This document shows positions 1-12,400 of a stretch of DNA of 64,000 bases, piece after piece (position 1 is the stretch's first letter; every line of letters begins with the position of its first letter). Source of the stretch: Candidatus Omnitrophota bacterium. GTDB taxonomy: Bacteria; Omnitrophota; Gorgyraeia; Gygaellales; Profunditerraquicolaceae. The notes under the pieces were generated by a model, which ran no database searches, was not told the DNA's origin, and saw only the letters and a program-made list of their open reading frames with translations. The translations under genes were made by a program, and so were the position numbers. The stretch lies in contig JBAZJY010000004.1 in NCBI GenBank assembly GCA_041651115.1, positions 14,114 to 78,113 on the forward strand. The letters run 5' to 3'.

Positions 1-450
1 GCAAAAGAAATAAAGGATTTATGGAATATTAATCCCGATATACGTCAAGCCACCGCTGGCACCTTAATTAAATTAGGCTGGAAACCCAGCACTCCTGAAG
101 AAAAAGTAGCTTACTTAATTGCTAAAGAGGATGGCAAGGCTTTATTAGCAGATTGGGTGAATACAAAGAGGATTCTTATCGCCGACATTGGGAGTAATGA
201 TTATAGTGACTATAATAAAATAAAGATAGCGGTTGATGTTTTTGTGGCCTTGGGACAAGAAGAGATGATTGACTATTTGATAGATATTCTTAATAATTGC
301 GGAACAAAAGAAATGGCTGAAATCTATTTAAATTGTGGATATTATGAACTAGAAGAAGCAGCGATAACATGGGCGCATGATAATGGATATACGATTTATA
401 CTAAAACAGATAGTTATCCGGACGTTAGTTGGGGCAGTTGGCGTTCCGGT
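1..450 (+). other. HEAT or PBS-lyase-like helical repeats at the N-terminal part visible in the window
   Basis: The translation ...DIRQATAGTLIKLGWKPSTPEEKVAYLIAKEDGKALLADW... resembles the periodic 'd.VR..A..aLg.ig' pattern of these repeats. Confidence 0.3.
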
Positions 451-3400
451 GGTAGCTCGCCGGTTGAGTCTGTTGGATATTCACTGTTTCTCGTTGAACG
501 GTTCTTGAGGATCCGCGTCAGCAGGATAGGTTCAAAAATTTATAAGTGGGTCAGAGGGATCTTTACGGGCAGGCGGTTACAGATTAGGTCATATAGCCTG
601 CCGCAGCCATATAACGGTGGGTTTATCAGCAATATTGTGCTCAAGGCCGAACACTCCCGGCTGGGGAAATTCCTGGATATTTTTACCGCCGTCTGGAGCA
701 AGAGAGGAGATATCCCATGCTATGGACGGAGAATAGAATTCGTAGATGACATTGCCGCACGCCTGTATTACCTTACGGTTTATATGGAGAAAAGAGGAAG
801 CATCGGCCCAATCCTGAATTCTTTACAAAAAGTCAGAGATTACCCGAACAAGGAATTCAATGCCTTAAAGAAAGAACAATGGTTTATAGAGTGCGATATA
901 CCCAACACCAAAGAAGCGCGCGAGGCGTTAATCAGGATTCTGCCGGCGAATATGTTTATAATCAAAGAATTCCTTACTCCTCGTCCTCACTCCGGCAACC
1001 GCATGATGCGGATTACCATTGAGGCCGAAGCTCCTGCCGGCAGGTATACCAATATAGCTATACGCAGTATGCTGCATCAACCGCCGATAAGCGCAAGAAG
1101 GGTGCATATTGAATTGGATAAGCGCCTGATCAGCTATCTTGAGAATAATTTTATGGATAATCTTGTCAGGGCAGGAATGAGATTATCCCGAAGAGATAGC
1201 CGGCTTATCCGCGCGGCATTTACAGTCCTCTCCGGAAAGCTTAGCCTGTACAGGGAAGACCTGGAGAATTTTTACTTGAGCCATCCGATTGACGTAGCCC
1301 TGATGCTTGTCCGTCAATACGGGCTAAAGAGCATAAAATCTGTCCTGGGAGGTTTATTACACGATACAGTTGAAGAGGGCTTAAGCCTTGGGGAGATTGG
1401 GTCAATATTTGGCAAAAGCATAGCGCGTATGATTTTTTGGTTAAGCCGCAAGGGAGAGAAAAAGACTTTCCTTTCCGATTATAGGTATTTGAGAAGATAC
1501 CACCGGATGTTTATCAACAAAGCCGATATATCGCTGCAGGAAGCAATAATCGTTACCTTTATCAAAATGGCGGATAAGACGCAGAATTTAAGTAAATTGC
1601 CGCATGATGAGTTGACCCAGCTGAAGAATATTTATTCCGCCCTTGACCGTTTTCTGCCGTGTTTCCTGGAAGGCATTCCTCTTGATAAATTCCCACCTCG
1701 CCTAAGGGACAGATACTATAATGCAAACAATATATTTTTCAATACACTGATTTCTCAAGGCAGATCAATAGGGGCATTTGACGAGAATTTTATTATTAAT
1801 AAAGATAAGCTGGATTTGTATCTGGATAAAGTCATCCCTCCTGAGAAAAGAGAGAAATACGATCTAGAATTTTATCAAAATGCGCTCCTGCAAGTTAAGC
1901 AGCATTTGAGTTCACCTATCACAAATAAAATTTTCTCCGCGAAGAAAGCGATTTCTATTTTTCAACAGCAGGCTGTCAGCGGCAAAAGTATGAAGCGTTG
2001 GCTGGCCAGGCATTACCTTTTTTATGATTGCGCGCCAGCATATAACGATTATGAACATAGCGATGTCAGAATATTTGCGAGTTATATATATAAGCAAAAA
2101 ATTAAAGACATAAGAAGCACTTTGTTAAACTATGCGAAATATATAGGAAGAGGCAAGCGGATGGAACAGGTGCTTATCAGACGAAATACAAAAAAGAAGC
2201 TATATCCGCTTATCTTATGGATGGCCAGAGATAATAATATCAAGCAGGTAAGACAGAAAAGAGAAGGCAGGCTTTTTGGAGCCATTGACATTTCCGCAAT
2301 GGCTGCCGCAGACCTGCCTATATGGCCGGTGGACGAGCGAGGCAGTATTAGGCAGGACCTATTGGAATGGATATCAATAAAAGACAAGGCTCCGCCATGG
2401 GAATACTATAATGCAAAAAAGATATCCCTGTGTGAAACCCTCAAAGTCCAGCCGCAGCAATTGACTCTTGATTTCCAGTCTATTAGTTCTCCGGCAACGC
2501 AAATTAAAGAAGAAGAACTCTTGGAATTAGCGAAAGAAGGCATTTTAGAAAAGGTGATTACCAACCTTGGCCGCGGGCAATTAAGGCTTTCTCCGGAATT
2601 TTCGCGTTTTAAAGAGCACTACTACTTTGGCGGGATATGCGCCAATGAGGCAGACGGAGAAGCCCTGCTGCAGCGCGCCAGGGAGGCCATTAGCCTTTCC
2701 ATAGAGAGGATCTTTAAAAATACCGAAGTTTTCGGGCAGTTTAAGTCGGCGGTTTCCGTGGAAGACAAGTTGAAAAATACAATTATAGTTTTATTGGACA
2801 GGGCAAGGCAGGATAATTTAAGCAGTATGGAGATCTGGGAGATCGCATTGGAAATGTTACGCATGGTGATAGACGGCGATCCTGACGCGGAGATCAAACG
2901 GCAGTCAAGAGAAACAGGATTTTCTTTGTTGAATACATTGCAGCAGCAGGGAATAATCAAAGAAAAAGGCAACTCTTTGGAAACCTTGTTCAGAGTCGCA
3001 GCTTTAGGCAATACTCTGGATTTTACTAATAACCATATCGCAAGGAAATCCGCATCCGGCGAATTCATTCCGGAAGAGATACTGCTTGATCTGAACAACC
3101 CGGATTTCTTTAAGCAAAATGATATAACTAAAATTGAAAAGGAATTAAGAGAGGGAGATAAGACTATTCTTTACTGTTTTGATAATGCCGGGGAAGATAT
3201 CCTTGACCTGCCGTTTATCCGGGAAATGATAAACCTTGGCAATATTGTGTTTTTTGCAGGCAAGCCTCTGCCGGTGGCGAACGACGATACGGTTAGAGAC
3301 CTGAAAACTTTAAGGATAGACCAGCGGACCAGGCAGTTTATGGGCAGTTCCATGGATAAGATATGCGATATCGTATCTACAGGCACAAGAGGACTGGGCT

Positions 3401-6400
3401 TGGATCTGGCCCGCTTGGAAAAAGAAAGGGGTTTGGGTTATTGGTGGCCCATAGCCGATATTATTTTCTTAAAAGGCCATGCAAATTATATGACTGTCAG
3501 GCCGTTTATGCCTGTCACGGATTGCGTGTTTGTCGGCAAGGTAAAGTGGTCGCCTGAATTGAATAAAGGCGGGACAGTGAATTACGAAGACGGGGATTAT
3601 TTTGTGGAATATGTCCCTGCCAGCTCGCCTGTGAAGGAAGCTTATGAATGGGCGAGAAAATATGTTCAGGAATACCAACATAAAACAGAAAATAATGGAT
3701 CTTTTGATGGACTATATGGTAATCCCGAAAAGAAAAGAGCAGAGCTTTTGAGGCTTATAGAAAAACTCAAGAGCATAGGTAATGAAACACTTCGGAATGA
3801 GTTTAAGAATGAACTTTATAATGACATCATAAGCTCGCCGATGCAAATTGCCAAAAAGCCTTACTGCGCGGTATTCATTCCGGAATTTTCCGGCAGAAGC
3901 GCGATTATGGAAATGGTAGCGCAGGAAGTTAAATGGCAGAATATGTCATTGGTAAAATTGTGGGCTGACCATATGCGCTTTAGAATAGCGAATGGAAATA
4001 AAGACGAATTAAGCCTTAAGGAATTTTGTAATTTACCGCTCAAGGCCTATCTGGAAAATCTGTCCGTAAATAAAGGCCTTTTGGCAGGCCTGTCTTTCTT
4101 GAGCCATTATGATTCTTATATTTTCTATCATACTATGCAGCAGGCGGGTTTTGAGCTTAAGGCCGCGTTCTTTATTGATTTAAAAGAGGAAGATATTTGG
4201 AAACGCTATAATAAGAAATTATTGTCCAGCACCAGCGGCAGCGCTCATATAAACAGAGCAACTTTAGAACGGAGAATAGATAATTTTAAATATTTTTCGC
4301 TTCCGGAGAAAAAGAAACTGGAAAAAGCCGGGATAAAAGTAATTAATATTGAAGGTTTATTCAGCCGTAAAATAATAGTAGATAAAATTATCTCCGGGGT
4401 CAGGTCCGTCTCCAGCTCGCCTCTTGGATGCCGCGTATGTATCACAGGCCAACAGATAAGAAGGCTGCAGCCTGTCCTGAAGAATGTCCCCTCTGCAGTA
4501 AATTCCGGAATTAAATTAGTTATTTTTGACAACGGCAATGTAATAATGAATTTTAATTTTAGGCGGGCTGTGCAGGAACTTTCGCGGCGCTTTGCAGTAG
4601 AGCCGGGAGTCGTATCGGATTTTATAAGAAATGTTGATTGCGATAGCGGAAATCCGGTTACTAGATACGGCTCCAGGGAAATATCCAGAGAGCAATTAGT
4701 AGCTGCATTTAATCCGTGGCTGCGGAAACACAGCCGCTCGGCAGACGTGAGACAGGGCAGGAAAGTATTAAGCGTAGCCGAATTCACTGATATATGGAAC
4801 AGTATTTGGACAAGCATGAATGTAAGGGTCGTTATGCTGATGTATAGATTAAGGCAGCAGGGGTATAAAGTCCACGTACTTTCCAACTTATCCGAGCTGC
4901 ATTATGAATATGCTTCCGAAATCTATACCAGGTATCATGTTTTAGATGATTTCAAAAAAGATTTTTACTATAAGAAATACTGGAAAACTCAACCGGAAAG
5001 CTATCGTGAAGTGCTCAATGATGCAAATATGCTCCCCGGAGATACGTTGCTCATTGATGATTTGCCGCGTAACATAGAAGTAGCGCGAGCAGCCGGCCTG
5101 CATACATATTTATTCAATAAATATAATTCCCGGAATATACGCGATATCGTAAATATATTAGGAATATTTTCCAGCTCGCCGATTACTATTTTGGAACTGC
5201 AGCAGGCAGCGGAAAGGAACGCGCAACAGCCTTATGTCGGAGCGGCTTTACGCAGGTTAGCGGATATCGTCTTTAAAGTAAAAGCCCTTGGCGTAATCTT
5301 ACTCAAAAGCGGGTGGCTATTCAAAGAGCAACGGTTGAAGTTTAGCCCTGCCGATCTAGAGCGGCATCTGGGCCTGTTTTCTGACTCGGATAGGGTTTTT
5401 GTGTCTAAACTTAAAGACGGTTACGTCCTAACCAACAATAAATACTTGAGACCAGTACTTAAGGAGTGGGGCATACGTAAAGAAGAAATTAATTGGTTTA
5501 TCGGCCATTACCGCAAGGACAATATCGGAGAGATCGTACGTCAGCTTAAATATGAATATCCGGCCTGCCTTACTAAATTAGCAGGCCTTATTATGAACTG
5601 GAACCTTACGGTTTATTCGCTTTTCTTTAAACGTTCTGACTTACAAAGGGAAGGCCTGCCGGTTGATACCTTAGCCGAAGGACTTAAGCGGCTGATGAAT
5701 GATATTAACAGCGGAATAGAGGATTTTACCGGATTGGTTCCGCAGAACGCCATAGACCAGGTGAACAAAGCGGTAAAAAACCTAGAACCTGCCCTTTTGG
5801 CTTTAGAAGCAAACAAGAAGCCGGAATTTAACCTTCTTGAGTTGACTGTCTGTACTCAATTTGTTTCCGCGCTCCTGAACGTATTCAAGGAACAGAAGCG
5901 CCTGTTGGCTGAAAAGATAAAAAGCGACCGCGGAACGAATCGTTATTCCTTTGAGGCGCGCTATTTTTCTGTCTTGCAGCAGGGCTATGCCAGCGTGGGC
6001 CTCTGGGGCATCCAGGTGCTTTCCGACAGTCCTAAAAAGTATGATAATTTATTTGAATTTTTCCGTTCTATTGACCACCAGATAGATTCTGAACTGGATG
6101 ATATTGATCTTTTTGAAACAGTTAACCTACTGATCCGGCAGGTCCAGGAAGGCCTGGATAAGGAGGCTTTTGTTAAAGGCATGGATTCTCTATCCGGCAG
6201 CCTTAAGAAAGTCAAGGATCCCTATAAGATTATGGCGGCTATCCTGTTGGGCTATGCAAAGGGCTTGTTAGAGATTAACCGGCTTAAACAGGGGACTGGG
6301 CTTTTCGAATTTGCCCAGGAGATGCTGACTTTGAGAGTTAAAAACTGCTGGGGTATCATCAATACCCTTGACGGCGCCTGGGCTGAGGGGCTGCGCGGCC

Positions 6401-9400
6401 ACATCAAGAAGCGTAATGATTATCTTAAAGGTAAAACAATAAAGATCCTGCATGACTTAAAATTCAGGCATTATAAATTCGCCCGTAAGGTTCTGAAAGA
6501 GGATATTATAGACGAAGCGCATTTATCCTTTATCCGCGATCCAGAATTTGCTATGTTTGAAAAGCCCTTTGCACTATTAAATAAATCTTTTTATGAAGAT
6601 AGCACATTGAACAAACTTGAAATTGCGCGGGCGCACCAGTTATTCTCTCTTTTCTTTGATATGGTAATTATTAGTGAGTTGCGAGGTAAATTTATGATGG
6701 ATTACCGTAGGCTATTTGTGAATTCCCGTAAGCCCGGAGAAGCCCGTCTTTCCAGACAAGAAGCATTTAAGCAAACATATTTTAAATACCGCGATTCTTC
6801 CAGGGCGGTATTATCCAGGCCGGAGTTTTATTTTTATCTATTCTGGCAGGCGGCCTTTATCCCGGTGCATACTAAAGAAGATGATAAGCCGGTTAATCCC
6901 GTATTTTCAGCCCTGAACAGGTATGTCTTATCCGGCCAGATTAAAGAAAAAAGATATAGTAGGCTTACCCGGCCGGAAATGCCGAAATTAAGCGAAACGC
7001 AAGCAGCAGAATTTTCCGCAATAGGCGAGCTTTATAAGGAATGGTCGCAGGAGTATGGGATTACCAGGGCCGGGCCGCAAGCCAGCTCGCCGCTTGATTC
7101 TTTGGATTTCCCCGTGGTTATCATCGGCTCGTCAGACGGCGGGAAAGAAGCGATCCCCGCCATTTTAAATCCTGTTTTGAACAGCAAGCCCGATTTGGGT
7201 TTCAGCTGCATTCTTGCCGCCCATAATTTTAATACCAACTACTATCCTTATAAAAAGATCTCAAGAATAATATTGCAGAATATAGCAGATACCATCCAGG
7301 CAGACGTTACTGAAATATCCGATGGTATGCCGGTAGAAAATAACAGGATATATATTGTCCCTCCGATAAGCAATATTTCGCTTAGCAAGGAAGGAAAATT
7401 TGAAGTTTCCGGGATAAGGATTGATTTTATTAAACGCAATCCCAGTAAGAACATCATTAACATTGATTTCTTACTGGATAGCGCAGCCGAGTTCTTCCGA
7501 GATAGGCTGATTGCGGTTATAGCCAGCGGAAACGGCAGCGATGGCAGCAGAGGGTGTTCTTATGTGAAGCTTTATGGAGGCAAGATTTGGGCACAGCGCG
7601 ATGCGATAGAAAAGGCCATGCCTACCAGTGCCCTCAAAACATGCCTGGTTGATGAAATAAAGTTATCCAGTTCTCCGCTAAAAGCAAAAAACGCGATCTT
7701 CTGGTTATTTTTCGCAGCAATGATCACCTTAGCCTTTAAGCAGGCAAGGGCGCAGGAATGGAGCGCTTATCTTTTGGATAGTAACCATAAAGCCAGGGTA
7801 AGAAGCCTTAACTTGACTCACAGCGACATTGCCATAAGCGTGGCTCGGCTTTGGTCAGCGCAGACAGATATTACAACCGTTGATATACAAGACAGCAAGA
7901 AAAAGTATCACATTAATTACATGAAATATGCGGATGCGCTCCAAAAGATAGAAGAAGATCTTGCTGCCGGGAAGAAATTGATCGTAAATATGAATTTCGG
8001 CTCTTACCTTGATTTTTATTCTTTTGAGCATGCCATTTTGGACCTCTACCTTAAATATCCGCATACCTTAATCCTGGTTGCTCCCGCAGGTAACGGTAAT
8101 ACCGATTATCCGATGTATCCGGCAGCCTATGATTTTGTCTTTTCAGTTACCAGTGTTACGGCTGGCTCCGGCTGCTATGTTAAGACAGGCTATGGTAATT
8201 ATGGCGCTTTCGTGGACATAGCTGCCATTGCGCAATCAGAAGAAGGAATGAGCAAGAAAGAGAAACAATATATGCAAGCAACCTGTTTTGCCGCGCCGCA
8301 GGTCGTGGGATTGCTGCTTGAAATATTCGCCGTCAATCCCGTTTTAACTAAAGAAGAAGCCGTAAGGATCATCCAGGATACCGCTGATCCGATAGAAGGT
8401 TACGATTTTAAAGTAATGAATCCTGAGCGCGCTATTAACGAAGTTAAAGCAAGGCTGCTTGCCGCCAGCTCGCCGGTTGTTAGGTATGGCAGCCAAATTA
8501 CGGAATGCCGATTATTGAGAGAAGAGGAAGCAAGGAGCAGGCTTAAACAAGAATTTAATTTTGATTATCCGCTTGATTTAATGAAAACAAATAGGCCTGG
8601 CGGAGCAGCGCCTCGCCTAGCTTCAAATATTTATGCAAAATTAAGCGCCGTAGAGAAGGAATTTCCCGGTTTTAAAGTACCGAAAAAATGGCTCGGGTAT
8701 AACATTAGCAGGATTATTAATAATACAAAACGCAAACTGCAAGAACAGGTAGATAAGCCAAGGCGAGAACAAGAAGCGGTATTAAGGCTTAAGGCAGAAC
8801 TTGGTTTTATTTATCCGGACTCATTAAAACCAAGTGACAGACCAGGGGGGAGTAACTCTATTTCTGCTTCAAAAGTTTATGAAAAGCTAAGCGCTGTAGA
8901 AAAAGAGTTTCCCGGTTTCAAGGTACCTGCAAAATGGATCGGAAAATGGGATGTTTCAACTCTTGTAGAGAGAGTAAGAGACAGGATGTCAATAAAGGGC
9001 AAAGATGCAGTTAAGAGATTAAAGGACGCATTTGATTTTAATTATCCTGTTGATTTAGTGCCTACTCATCGTCATTATTTTAGCGCCACAGTTATTTATA
9101 TAAAATTTCTTGAAGTTAACAGCGAATTGCCTGGATGTAAGATATATAAGTCACTATTGAATTTATCTTCGGAGGCGATCATTTTTAAGTTATCTGCGAA
9201 TATGGCGGGAAAAACTTATGATAAGAAAATTGAATATATTAAATTACTCAATAAGGTATTCGGTTTCGCCTATGAAGAATTATCGCCTCGTATCAGGGCT
9301 GAATTTAAGCCAAGAACGATATTCCGTCGCCTTGTTTATATAGAAAAACGGTTATTAAAAGAGCCTGCCCTGAGAATACTCGGGATCAGATGGAAGAACA

Positions 9401-12400
9401 TACCATATAAGGTTATCTTTAAGAGATCCGCAGATGCCGATTTGCAGGATTATCTTGACGGATTGGCCGCGGGCAAGTTCACCCCTGTATCAACAAGCAA
9501 GGGGATAATAAGGTTCAAGATAAACATCAGCGAAGAAGAGGCAATAAAGAGGATTGCGGATGAATTTGGTTATATCTATCCATATAGCTTTCCTGTGAGG
9601 ATTTGGCCGGGCCAGAAGCGTTATTCGCCGCCTAGTAGTATCTATACTAAGTTAACGAAAATAAGAAAAATGTCTCCGGATTCTGAAATTTCCCTTTGGC
9701 TGCTTGAATATGGCCTGGATACTGCTATCAATAAAATCAAAGGTATAAATGACCGTAAAGCCGCAGCGCTAGAGTCGCGAGAACGCAAAAAAGCGCTGAT
9801 AGAACAATTTAAATTAGGTAAACGCTATTTTTCGCATTCTTTAGAAAAGGTAGCATATAAATCTTCGCTTCAGAATGAAAAAGAACAAAGAAAAGCGGAA
9901 AACAATAGGCAGAAATTAGAAAAAAAGAAGGCCAGGGAAGAAGCTAAAGAGGGAGCCAGGATAAAGAGAATGCTAATTATTAAAAAATACAACCTGCCCA
10001 TTTCATATTCTAACCGCAGCCTTGCTTTTATTGAAAAGCGGGTCCAAGAGTTAAAGGACAAAGAGTATAATTCTGCAAGTTATGAGAACTATGTAAATAA
10101 AATAATGCATAGATATTATCCCGGCCGCAATATAGACATAGAAATGCTTTGGCAAAAGATGAAGCAAGGAGAAGGAATGGCAAGAAAGACCATTATCGAA
10201 TACGTGCTTAATCTTGTTATAGAGATAGAACAAGGCAATAAAAGTAGGAAAGAGATCTTGAGGTCTGTGTATAAACTTCCTTCGCATAAACAGTATACCC
10301 GCGACGATTATATACAGGAAGGAAATTTGGCCGCGCTTCAGGCGTTGGATAAATGGAATCCTGCTTGGGGAATGAGCCTTGAATCATTCCTTAGGGATGA
10401 GATAGGGTCTGCGGTTAAGAGGTCTAGGGCGACAAAAATTAGAGATGACAAAAGGGCTATCTCCCTTCAACAACCCAAGGGTAATAAATCTAATAGCGGA
10501 AATTTTCGCACCGTAGAAGACCATCTTGCTAATCCGGATGATGAGCAGTATTTGCCTGGACCGGCTGAAAGGTTTGAGTTTATGTCTAAAAAGATACGCA
10601 GTAATGATTTCTTATTTCTTGCCGAGGCCGGATACCCTATTAACAAGGGTTTACTTATCAGCAATGAAGAAAAAAAAGCTTTTGCTAAAGCCTTCAACAA
10701 CCATCTAATAAACAGCGGAATGTTTAAAGATACTCCTTTTGATATTGCTGTATTGATCATCGGCAGTATGGGCAATATTGGGATCGCCCGCAGGAAAATA
10801 AATCCCAGCGACTTAAATCTTATTGTTCTTTCAGACGTTCATCAAAGTCAGTCTATAGATATACATCGCAGGCAGTGTCGGGAGGTAATGGCTAGGTTCA
10901 AAGACTGGATCGGAAGCGGTGATATCTATCATATGACTGAAGGCGGCGAAAGATTTACGCTTCAGGTAGAAAAGGATAGCACCGTTGAGTCTTCCAAATT
11001 GCTGTCATTGCTTCAAAGCTATGGCTTAAAGAGTAAGGTATCACTTGAATTAATTCCTCTTGACGGCAATATTAACGTTGTCAACAGGGCAGCTTGTCGC
11101 AGCCATATCCAAATAATGGAATACTTCTACCAACTAGGCGCAAACGGCATCCTTATTTTTGAGTCTAAAGAAGGATTTGCGGAAAATATACTGGATAAGC
11201 TATCAAAAGGTCTTGAAGCTGACGCCGTTGCATACGAACCGATTGCCGCCAAGTATATGCTGGATTTCTGCCTGAGGCAGATTGATAAGGTCGTCCGTCA
11301 GCAGGAAGCCGCGGTTGTCCAAGGCAGCTCGCCTCTCGGCTGCGTCGTGGCAACAAGGAGCAGCGCCTTTAATGTTCTTGCTAGCTCGCCGGTTGAGCGT
11401 TCCCGGCCGCAGAAGATGAGCCTCAACGCGTTCTTGGAGCGGGAAAACAACGAGTTATTAAAAAAATCCGTTAAGCCTTTAAGCAGGCTTAGATGGTCGG
11501 TAAGGGCGGTTGACTGGATATTCGCGTTTGTAAAATACCCGTTACTGTCCAGCGCTTCTCTGGGAACTTTGCTGCATAGCTTAGGAAAACTTGACCTCAC
11601 GATTTTTGGCAGCCATATCGGTTGGAAAATGGTCATCGGAGTTATCGGCAGCGCCTTGTTTATCGTTACGGTAAGACTGGCGCAGGTTTTTATCTTTAAA
11701 TATTTTTATCCTGAAGTTTCTCTTCCCAAATGGCGGCGCTTTATTCTTCCGCTGATAATGCCTGCTCCTATAGGCGGAGAATGGCTTATGTTCAGGATAT
11801 TAAGTCCGTTATCTGATGTAAAGGAAATGAAACTGCTGCGGGATATAGAATATTCTCTGCAAAATATTATTTATAGATCAGGGAAATCATTCTCCGCGCG
11901 GATAGAAGAATTATCTGAGGGATGCGTCCCGGAGATCGCCAGAAAAATACTGGATTATGGAAAATCAAGCATCGGGGAAGATTATCTCAAGCGCGCAAAT
12001 CGCAGATTGATCAGCAGTAGAAAATATATCTTGAAGCTTTTGAAGAGCAATTTCTCGGAAGACCCCAGGGTAAGGAAAGAATCACATTCTGATTTTATTA
12101 TAAAACTACCTACCGGATTTTCTCCGGAGATGGAGCGACAACTAGAGGCGTTCAGGAAAGAACATGAAAAAAACAGCGGAGAAGCCAGTTCGCCTGCCAT
12201 ATACGAAACTGACGACGGCTACCGGGTATATACGTTAGCCCTCAATCATAATTCCTATGTTTCTATAGCGGAATTAGGCGCTAATATCGTAGACCTGGTA
12301 ATCGCAGGCAAGCGCATAGTCTGGCACAAAGGCTTTGACCCTGCCGCAGGAAGAGTCACGCGTTTAAAAGATCCGGTTACCGGAGCTAATCTTCCCGGCG

